A stretch of DNA of 12,057 nt from Candidatus Iainarchaeum sp. (GTDB lineage: Archaea > B1Sed10-29 > WALL01): assembly GCA_023129115.1 (NCBI GenBank), contig JAGMCR010000016.1, forward strand, positions 1 through 12,057, read 5' to 3'. A program made the translations under genes and the position numbers. A model generated the notes under the pieces. That model had not been told where the DNA came from. It worked only from the letters and a program-made list of their open reading frames with translations, and did no database searches. How positions within the stretch are numbered: the first letter of the stretch is position 1; every line of letters begins with the position of its first letter. Positions 1-6,218 of this stretch are shown here, one piece after another.

Positions 1-476
1 ACGACGCAGTGCGGGTTGCCCATCGATACGAGGGTTATTTTGAACGGCTTGCCCCCCACAACAAGCTCCTCGCCAATCGTCCGCTCGCCGCTAAAGGCCC
101 AGTCCCCCGTCTTCAGGCGCGGCTCGCCCATGTCCACCTTCACGCGGTCGCCCACAATTTCGGGCTTGATGAGCCCGGCAAGGGTCTCGACAGTTATTTG
201 CTTTTTGTCGGTGAGGCCGCGCTCGTGGGCATAGCGCGCGAGGCATCGGATGCCATTGCCGCACATCTCAACCTCGCCGCCGTCATTGTTGAAAATAAGC
301 ATTTTGAAGTCCGCGGAATAACTCTTGTCGATGAGCAATACTTGGTCGCAGCCGACGCCGAAGTGGCGGTCCGCGATTTTTTTGGCGAACGCGGTCAAGT
401 CGTTGGGGAGGGACTCCTCCATGGCGTTGATGACCACGAAGTCATTGCCCGCGCCATGCATCTTAGTGAACTTCAC
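1..476 (-). CDS. dapF: Diaminopimelate epimerase, 3'-truncated by the window edge (absent from the ORF track)
   Basis: Manual translation from GTG at 476: (M)KFTKMHGAGNDFVVI...DRHFGVGCDQVL...IFNNDGGEVEMCGNGIRC...VETLAG...VDMGEP...VSMGNPHCV, all characteristic DapF motifs. The start overlaps the lysA stop (GTGA). Confidence 0.95.
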   Translation of the reverse strand, partial: MKFTKMHGAGNDFVVINAMEESLPNDLTAFAKKIADRHFGVGCDQVLLIDKSYSADFKMLIFNNDGGEVEMCGNGIRCLARYAHERGLTDKKQITVETLAGLIKPEIVGDRVKVDMGEPRLKTGDWAFSGERTIGEELVVGGKPFKITLVSMGNPHCV

Positions 477-1687
477 TGCGACTCACCCATGATTTGGCCG
501 ATTAATTCTTCGCTCGACAGGCGGCGGCGCGAGAGCTTGGCTTCGCCGTTGAACACGAAGACCTCCGCCGGCATGGGGCGCAGGTTGTACACCCCACCCA
601 TTGAGTAGCAGTACGCCCCCGCGTTTTCTATGTCGAGGAAATCGCCCTCGCGTATTTCAGGGAGCTCGCGCTGGACAGCGAAGACGTCGCCGGTCGCGCA
701 AATGTTTCCCGCCACATCGTATTTTTTTACGGGGCCGTTGGGGTTGGATAGGTTGGTGATGCTGTGGTAGGCGCCGTAAAACACGGGGCGGATTAGCTGT
801 GGGAAGCCGGACTTGGTGCCCGCGATGAGCCGGCCCTTGTTGTCCTTGAGAGTGTTTACCCTGACGACCAAATAGCCGGACTCGGCCACGATGTACTTGC
901 CTGGCTCGAAGCACATCTCGAGCTCGCTGCCGTAGGACTTGCAGAACCCGGAAAAGATTTCGGTGATTCGCTTTCCGAAGGACGCGTAGTCAATCCTCTT
1001 TTCGCCTGGTTTGTAAGGGACCTTGAACCCGCCCCCGAAGTCAATGAACCGCAGGTCAGGGAAGTCCTCGGGAGTCGCGATTTCCAGGAGGTTCTGCATG
1101 CTCTGGTACACCTTGTCTGTCTCGGCAATGCCCGAGCCAGTGTGCTCGTGCAGGCCGACGACAGTGAGGTTGTGCCTCGCGATTATTTCTTTTACCTTGG
1201 GAACGTCCTGGCGCAGGATGCCAAACTTGGTCAAGTCGCCGCCGGTCTGGACGAACTCAAATTCGCCCGCGACCACATCGGGGTTGAAGCGCAGGCACAC
1301 CTCGGTGTTGGGAAAGGCGGCGCCGTACTTCTCGAGGCGGGACAAAGAGCCGATGTTGAACAGCACGCCGAGGCCGTGGACTTCGTGCATTTCTTCCTCG
1401 GCCATGTTGTTCGCGGTGTAAAGGATTCTTTCTTTTGGGAACCCGGTCTTCAGCGCCATCAATACCTCGGCCGGGCTCACCGCGTCGACAAAAGCGCCGC
1501 TCTCCTGGAGCATCCTTAGGATGCTGGGGTTGTAGTTCGCCTTCATGGCATAGAAAATCTTGAGCTTTGGCCACTTGATGAAGCCGTACAATTCCTTGTA
1601 ACGCTGGAGGATTAGGTCACCGTCGTAGACGTAGAGCGGAGTGCCGTACTCCTCGGCTAGGGAAATTAATTGCTTGTGCTCAATCAC
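473..1687 (-). CDS. lysA: Diaminopimelate decarboxylase (fold-type III PLP enzyme), about 404 aa
   Basis: Motifs YGTPLYVYD, FYAMKAN (PLP lysine), KFGI, HxHxGS, DFGGGF, EPGKYIV and GAYCYSM..YN.RP. Start reset to GTG 1687, which overlaps the upstream TGA. Adjacent to dapF. Confidence 0.93.
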   Translation of the reverse strand: MIEHKQLISLAEEYGTPLYVYDGDLILQRYKELYGFIKWPKLKIFYAMKANYNPSILRMLQESGAFVDAVSPAEVLMALKTGFPKERILYTANNMAEEEMHEVHGLGVLFNIGSLSRLEKYGAAFPNTEVCLRFNPDVVAGEFEFVQTGGDLTKFGILRQDVPKVKEIIARHNLTVVGLHEHTGSGIAETDKVYQSMQNLLEIATPEDFPDLRFIDFGGGFKVPYKPGEKRIDYASFGKRITEIFSGFCKSYGSELEMCFEPGKYIVAESGYLVVRVNTLKDNKGRLIAGTKSGFPQLIRPVFYGAYHSITNLSNPNGPVKKYDVAGNICATGDVFAVQRELPEIREGDFLDIENAGAYCYSMGGVYNLRPMPAEVFVFNGEAKLSRRRLSSEELIGQIMGESQ

Positions 1688-2370
1688 TGGAAAACACCTT
1701 TTTCGATTAAGGCTTCTGCAATCTGCACCGCGTTGAGCGTCGCGCCCTTCAAGAGCTGGTCGCCGCACACGAAAAATTCTATGCCGTGGTCGCCGAACAC
1801 CAGGTTGCGGCGGATGCGCCCCACCTCGACGCTGTAATTGTTCGACGCCGTGAGGGGCATTGGGTAAACGTTGTTCGCCGGGTCGTCGCGGACCACGATG
1901 CCAGGGGTGTTGCTGAAGAGCTCCCGCACCCCGTCAGGGGAGACTGGCTTCCTGGTTTCGACGACGATGCCCTCGGCGTGCGCGCGGAAAGTCGGGACGC
2001 GCACGCACGTGCAGCTGATTGGGATATTGGGGTCGCCGAAGATTTTTCGCGTCTCCCCCACGACCTTCATCTCCTCGCGCGTGTAGCCGTTCTCCTGGAA
2101 CGAGTCGATGTGTGGGATTACGTTGAACGCGATGGGATGCTGGAAAGCCCCGTGGGAGGCGGGCTTTCCGTCCAAATAGTTTTGGGTCTCTGTCTCCAGT
2201 TCCTGCATGCCCTTCGCCCCGGCGCCGCTCGTGGACTGGTACGTGGAGATGAAGACTTTCTTGAGGCCATAGGCCTGGTGGAGCTTCCACAGTGGGATTG
2301 CTGCAATCGCAGTCGTGCAGTCCGCGTCCTTCAGCGACGAGCCGCCGAACTTCATCACAATCATTCTCAT
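1684..2370 (-). pseudogene. asd: In-frame fusion of about 17 N-terminal residues of aspartate kinase (lysC) to the C-terminal part of aspartate-semialdehyde dehydrogenase; lacks most of the Asd NADP-binding domain
   Basis: MRMIVMKFGGSSLKDAD (aspartokinase start motif KFGGSS) runs directly into CTT...STYQSTSGAG...AFNVIPHID..ENGYTREEMK..ETRKI..CVRVP..H..VGRIR..DQLLKGA.LNAVQIAE (Asd). No GxxGxxG Rossmann segment, and the NPN that normally precedes the catalytic Cys is missing. ATG 2370 overlaps the arcC TGA. Confidence 0.85.
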
Positions 2371-3239
2371 CCCTTGTAAATCCTGGTCCCGGCCTTGCCG
2401 GCGAGCGCGGGCTCGAGCTGCCCGAGCGAGCAGATGACTGCCTCGCCGCCTGCCTCGGCGAATGCGACGCACGACTCTACCTTTGGCCTCATCGAGCCGC
2501 GGGCAAAGTGGTCCATCCAGCCCAGGGCCTGCGAAGTCGTCATTTCCTTGATGCACCTCTGGTCGGGCTTGCCGTAATTCGTGTAGACATAGTCCACGTC
2601 CGTCATGATTGCGAGGCGGTCCGCCCCGAGCTCGCGCGCGAGCAATTCCGCGCAGCAGTCCTTGTCAATCACTGCCTCGATGCCGTCGTACTTCTCGCCG
2701 TGCTTGACAATGGGGATTCCGCCCCCGCCGCACGCGATGACGACGGACTTGTCCACCATCTCCTTGATGGCGCCGATTTCCATGATTCTTTTGGGCTTGG
2801 GGGACGGCACGACCCTGCGGTAGCCGCGGCCCGCGTCGTCAATCATGCCCGGCTGCGGAGAGTCATAGAACGGGCCCACTGGCTTCGATGGGTTTTGGAA
2901 CGCTGGGTCGTTTTGGTCGACGAGGACCTGGGTGACGACCGTGGCTGACTCGACGCCGTAGTTAAGCAGTGTTTTTTGGAGTATGTAGCCGATGAGGCCC
3001 TGGGACTCGGCGCCGCAGACATTAAGTGGCATGGCGGGCGTGTCGGGCCACTGCTGCTGCAGCAGGATTGCGCCGACCTGGGGGCCGTTGCCGTGGGTGA
3101 TGACTATTTGCTCGCCCTGGCTCACGAGGTTGGCGACGCTGCGCATCGCTTTCTCGGCGTTATGGATTTGCTCCTTCAAAGTGCCTTTTTCGCCGCGCTG
3201 GAGCAGGGCATTGCCTCCCAAGGCTATGACCGTAAGCAT
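2367..3239 (-). CDS. arcC: Carbamate kinase, 290 aa
   Basis: Motifs VIALGGNALL, THGNGPQVG, GAESQGLIGY, TVVTQVLVD..DPAF.NPSKPVGPFY, DAGRGYRRVVPSP.P, GGGGIP, EAVIDKD and GSM.PK. Start reset to ATG 3239. Confidence 0.93.
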   Translation of the reverse strand: MLTVIALGGNALLQRGEKGTLKEQIHNAEKAMRSVANLVSQGEQIVITHGNGPQVGAILLQQQWPDTPAMPLNVCGAESQGLIGYILQKTLLNYGVESATVVTQVLVDQNDPAFQNPSKPVGPFYDSPQPGMIDDAGRGYRRVVPSPKPKRIMEIGAIKEMVDKSVVIACGGGGIPIVKHGEKYDGIEAVIDKDCCAELLARELGADRLAIMTDVDYVYTNYGKPDQRCIKEMTTSQALGWMDHFARGSMRPKVESCVAFAEAGGEAVICSLGQLEPALAGKAGTRIYKG

Positions 3240-3262
3240 ACCAACCGTTATGCGGGAACAGG

Positions 3263-3270
3263 TTTTTATA
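3263..3270. promoter_or_regulatory. Bidirectional archaeal TATA box (TTTTTATA on +, TATAAAAA on -)
   Basis: Main AT-rich octamer in a 53-bp divergent gap, about 23-24 nt from both ATG 3293 (+) and ATG 3239 (-). Confidence 0.65.
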
Positions 3271-3292
3271 GCTGCGCTGGGAATATGGGGTG

Positions 3293-4078
3293 ATGAGGTG
3301 GCTAGTCCTCGTTCTGCTGTTGGGAGTGGCACTCGCGCAGTGTGACCCGAACCCCGACTCCTACGAGACAGTGTACGAAGTCGTGGGCGAGGACGCCGTC
3401 TTCACCGTCACCACTTCTTATCCCCTGCCAGAAGAGTGCCTGGAAGAGCTGAACCTATCGCAGCTCATGGAGGGGCCCCTCCCGTGCTCCGAGGGCCTCA
3501 CCCAGCAGCTCTACGACCCGGTCTACAACAACACCGGGCAGTTGCCGGCAGAGCCGACGTGCGAGCTCAAGTACGGGGATGGGCACTTCGTGCTCCACGG
3601 CCAGGGCAGGATAATCATGTTCGTCCAAACGGAGGGCGCGCGGAAGCTAATCAGCTTCCCCAAGTGGAGGTACACCCCCGTCAACGCAAGCGACACGCTC
3701 AAGATAATACTGCCGGAGAGCGTGGTGAGCGTCGAGTACGTGCCCCGCAAGGACTCCACGCTCGAGGGCAACGTGATTCACTGGAGCAAGTTCCCCGCCG
3801 AAAGCCCCGAGATAGTCTACACCATGGAGCGCGACTACATGCCGTTCGTGATTGGCGTCGCCGTGCTTGCGCTCGCGGCAGCTGCTTTCGTGGGGCTCTC
3901 CAGCCTCGCCAAGAAGGGAGAGCTCGACAAAAAAGAAAAAGAAATCCGCGGCCAGATGAAGCAAATCCAGTACCAGTACATGAAGCAGCAGATGGACGAG
4001 CACATGTTCAGGAGCCTCATGGAAAAAGCCATGAAGGAATTGGCTGAGGTCAAGAGCAAGAAAAAAATGCGGAAGTGA
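3293..4078 (+). CDS. Hypothetical single-pass membrane protein: signal peptide, extracellular domain, TM helix, charged coiled-coil-like tail
   Basis: N-terminus MRWLVLVLLLGVALA-Q; four Cys in the ectodomain; TM segment MPFVIGVAVLALAAAAFVGL; tail ELDKKEKEIRGQMKQIQYQYMKQQMDEHMFRSLMEK; GC3-rich codon usage like the neighbours. GTG 3290 is an alternative start. Confidence 0.8.
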   Translation: MRWLVLVLLLGVALAQCDPNPDSYETVYEVVGEDAVFTVTTSYPLPEECLEELNLSQLMEGPLPCSEGLTQQLYDPVYNNTGQLPAEPTCELKYGDGHFVLHGQGRIIMFVQTEGARKLISFPKWRYTPVNASDTLKIILPESVVSVEYVPRKDSTLEGNVIHWSKFPAESPEIVYTMERDYMPFVIGVAVLALAAAAFVGLSSLAKKGELDKKEKEIRGQMKQIQYQYMKQQMDEHMFRSLMEKAMKELAEVKSKKKMRK

Positions 4079-4153
4079 GCGACTTTCCCACGCGCCAGCC
4101 GATTCAACGGGTTTGGGGGGTTGGGGGGCGCCGGGTGAGGTGGGGAAAAGGCC

Positions 4154-4204
4154 TTGTAGTGCCTACTGGAAACAGCAATATTTAAATAGTGGTAGGCACT
4201 ACAA
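4154..4204. repeat. Dyad element, copy A: TTGTAGTGCCTAC-N25-GTAGGCACTACAA, enclosing the fic TATA box
   Basis: Perfect 13-bp inverted arms at 4154-4166 and 4192-4204; 4156-4175 is identical to 5120-5139 (20 bp). Confidence 0.9.
4181..4188 (+). promoter_or_regulatory. TATA box of fic (TTTAAATA)
   Basis: Consensus-like archaeal TATA ending about 24 nt before ATG 4212, with purine-rich GGAAACAG upstream. Confidence 0.65.
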
Positions 4205-4211
4205 ATATGCT

Positions 4212-5123
4212 ATGGCGTTCATAAGGGAAAAGAGGAAGGGCATCACCGTGTACTACGAGCTCGTCAAGAGCACTAGGGAGGGGGGAAAGGTCCGCCAAAA
4301 GGTGATGAAGTACTTGGGCAGCCGCGGTGATATGCTGTCCTATTGCAAGCGGCACCGAATCAAGCCGCCGAAGGACACCGCCCTCCTCAACAAATCCACC
4401 ACAACCATGCTGGAGAAGAAACTGAAGGAGCTCAACTCGCTCAGGCCCCTCCCAAAAGAGACCCTCAAGCAACTGAATAAAAAGTTTGAGGTGGAGATGA
4501 CCTACAACTCCAACGCGATTGAGGGGAACACGCTCACGCTAAGGGAAACCTACCTTGTCATCGAGCGGGGGATGACGATAGGCGGGAAATCTGTGGAGGA
4601 GCACCTGGAGGCAACCAACCACAAGGAAGCCATACACTTCATGGCGGGGCTTGTCAGGAAGAAGAGGGTGACCATGAATGATGTCCTGGGACTCCACGCA
4701 ATCATACTCGACAAAATCAACCCGCAGGGCGCGGGGTTCTTCAGGCACAAGCAGGTGTACATAGCAGGAACCAATCACGTCCCCCCAAGCTGGAAGAAGG
4801 TCCCGGGGCTGATGAAGGAAGTCGTGAAGGAACTGAACTCCAGGGAGAAGGGGGCCAAGGCAGTCGAGTCAGCGGTGAGGGTGCACTTCATGGTGGCCTG
4901 GATCCACCCCTTCGTTGATGGCAATGGCAGGCTGGCGAGGCTGCTGGCCAACCTGCGGCTCATGAGGGCGGGCTTCCCGCCGGCTATTGTGAAGAAGGGG
5001 ATAAGGAAGACCTACTATAACGCGCTCGATTACGCAGACGCGGGGGACCTCAGGCCACTCACCCAAATGAGTGCCAGGGACGTGAAGAGGGCATTGGACT
5101 TGTACATCGGCGCAGCGAAGTAG
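4212..5123 (+). CDS. fic: Fic-family protein (AMPylase-type) with N-terminal inhibitory helix and an extra N-terminal beta-rich putative DNA-binding segment, 303 aa
   Basis: Canonical HPFVDGNGRLAR (HPFxDGNGRxxR) and inhibitory motif SNAIEGN ((S/T)xxxE(G/N)); N-terminal YYELVKSTREGGKVRQKVMKYLG. Start reset to ATG 4212, downstream of the TATA box. Confidence 0.92.
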   Translation: MAFIREKRKGITVYYELVKSTREGGKVRQKVMKYLGSRGDMLSYCKRHRIKPPKDTALLNKSTTTMLEKKLKELNSLRPLPKETLKQLNKKFEVEMTYNSNAIEGNTLTLRETYLVIERGMTIGGKSVEEHLEATNHKEAIHFMAGLVRKKRVTMNDVLGLHAIILDKINPQGAGFFRHKQVYIAGTNHVPPSWKKVPGLMKEVVKELNSREKGAKAVESAVRVHFMVAWIHPFVDGNGRLARLLANLRLMRAGFPPAIVKKGIRKTYYNALDYADAGDLRPLTQMSARDVKRALDLYIGAAK

Positions 5124-5166
5124 TGCCTACTGGAAACAGAATTCTTTGTTTTTCGGTAGGCACTAC
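5120..5166. repeat. Dyad element, copy B: GTAGTGCCTAC-N25-GTAGGCACTAC, containing the fic stop codon and a T-rich terminator-like tract
   Basis: Perfect 11-bp arms at 5120-5130 and 5156-5166 with the same 25-nt spacer length as copy A; TAG stop at 5121-5123; TTCTTTGTTTTT in the spacer. Confidence 0.9.
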
Positions 5167-5308
5167 GTATGCCCCAATGCAGCGCAAGACCCGCCCCTGC
5201 TTTTTGCGTTTCCCCAACCCACAAAACACGACTGCCCACCCCCTGTTGCCTTTCTCTTGTAGGGGCTTGAGGATTGAACATTAGGACTACAAAGACGGGA
5301 AAAGGGCC

Positions 5309-5980
5309 CTAAAGCCCAAAGCGCCGGGCGCGCCCGGAGAATGAGGACACCGCCTCGTCAAAGTCGCTGCGCGTGAACTCTGGCCAAAGCTTTTTCGAGA
5401 AGTAGAGCTCGCTGTACGCGGACTGCCACGGCATGAAGCCGCTCAAGCGCTGGGTGTCGCCGGTGCGGACAATCAGGTCCGGCTCGGTGGAAGTGTAAAG
5501 GGCGCTGGAAATGTTTTCCTCGGTCGCGGGAAGGCCCGCCGCGACGACTGACTGCACTGCGTCGACGAGCTCTTGCCTGCCCCCGTAGCCAATCGCGAGG
5601 TTGAGCACACGGCCGGTGTTCTCGGCGGTCGAGCGAATTAGCTCGGACGCGGCCTCCTGGACGTAATATGGAAGCATTTCGAGGCGGCCGATGACGTTTA
5701 CTTTTACGCCGTTGTCCGTGACGAGGGGGTCGTTCTTGGCCTCGACGAGCTTGGTGTTGAGGAGGCGGGTGAACACCGAGAGCTCGACGCCGGTGCGCGA
5801 CAGGTTTTCTGTCGAAATGGTCCACACTGTTAATTCGTTGAGCTTGGGGACGTCGAGGCACCACTCGAATACTTGCCGCGTCTTCTCGAAGCCCGCCGAG
5901 TATGCCCTCGCGAAATTGAGGCCGTTCTTCGCGGCGTAGCGGCGGTTGCCGTCCGGGATGAAAGCAATTGAGCGTAGCAT
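5309..5980 (-). CDS. uppS: cis-prenyltransferase (undecaprenyl/polyprenyl diphosphate synthase)
   Basis: Motifs IAFIPDGNRRYA, STEN..R, LNLAIGYGGRQE, PDLIVRTG..RLSGFMPWQSAYSELYF...WPEF and C-terminal RRFG. Confidence 0.95.
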   Translation of the reverse strand: MLRSIAFIPDGNRRYAAKNGLNFARAYSAGFEKTRQVFEWCLDVPKLNELTVWTISTENLSRTGVELSVFTRLLNTKLVEAKNDPLVTDNGVKVNVIGRLEMLPYYVQEAASELIRSTAENTGRVLNLAIGYGGRQELVDAVQSVVAAGLPATEENISSALYTSTEPDLIVRTGDTQRLSGFMPWQSAYSELYFSKKLWPEFTRSDFDEAVSSFSGRARRFGL

Positions 5981-6026
5981 ACAAAAGCCTTTAGAAGGGT
6001 GCTGTTCTATTATTCCCTACCCCACA

Positions 6027-6039
6027 ATAAAAGGGTTTT
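6027..6039 (-). promoter_or_regulatory. Candidate BRE/TATA for uppS (AAAACCCTTTTAT on -)
   Basis: BRE-TATA-like string about 47 nt upstream of ATG 5980; resembles CAAACCCTTAAAAA upstream of the divergent gene. Confidence 0.4.
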
Positions 6040-6054
6040 GGTGTCAACGCCTCC

Positions 6055-6095
6055 GCACCACAAACTCACTGATTTTGTGGCGCAAATGACTCATT
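6055..6095. promoter_or_regulatory. Two adjacent dyads (operator-like) in the divergent intergenic region
   Basis: GCACCACAAACTCA-C-TGATTTTGTGGCGC (14-bp arms, 2 mismatches, 6055-6083) and AATGA-C-TCATT (6085-6095), followed by T8. Confidence 0.4.
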
Positions 6096-6181
6096 AGTTT
6101 TTTTTGACCGCGGCAATCCATCACCAATACTTTAAGAAAAACTGATTTCACGACGCGTGCTCGACAACCCCCAACCCGAGC

Positions 6182-6194
6182 AAACCCTTAAAAA
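6182..6194 (+). promoter_or_regulatory. Candidate BRE/TATA for the pilin-like gene (AAACCCTTAAAAA)
   Basis: Ends about 25 nt before ATG 6219, the same spacing as the other promoters in the window. Confidence 0.5.
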
Positions 6195-6218
6195 CCCATG
6201 TGCGTTTGTAAGGGCTGG

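Larger units (their letters stand above)
4143..5305. mobile_element. Putative non-autonomous fic cassette or insertion
   Basis: 9-bp direct repeat GGGAAAAGG at 4143-4151 and 5297-5305; just inside, imperfect inverted termini TTGTAGTGCCTA (4154) and TAGG-ACTACAA (5282-5292); internal 47-bp repeats flank fic. No transposase or recombinase in the window. Confidence 0.35.

Noticed and set aside
9-608. 199-aa + strand ORF
   Set aside because: Antisense shadow of dapF and lysA, which carry clear motifs on the - strand.
2371-2556. N-terminal extension of the 290-aa track ORF 1684..2556
   Set aside because: Lies inside arcC in another frame; the real start is the ATG at 2370 (or 2364) at the ATGA overlap.
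2367-3239. Idea that arcC is a repurposed aspartokinase replacing the deleted lysC
   Set aside because: All carbamate-kinase-specific motifs are intact and the downstream Asd is itself truncated; no supporting evidence.
4113-4211. Upstream extension of the fic ORF
   Set aside because: Runs through the G-tract, dyad element and TATA box; ATG 4212 fits the promoter spacing.
4156-5166. CRISPR array or classical attC interpretation of the repeats
   Set aside because: Only two full copies 964 bp apart, no cas genes, and no RYYYAAC/GTTRRRY attC ends.
5981-6218. tRNA or other structured RNA gene in the longer intergenic regions
   Set aside because: No T-loop (GTTCRA) or cloverleaf pattern seen by eye; a covariance-model search (tRNAscan-SE, Infernal) would be needed to exclude it fully.
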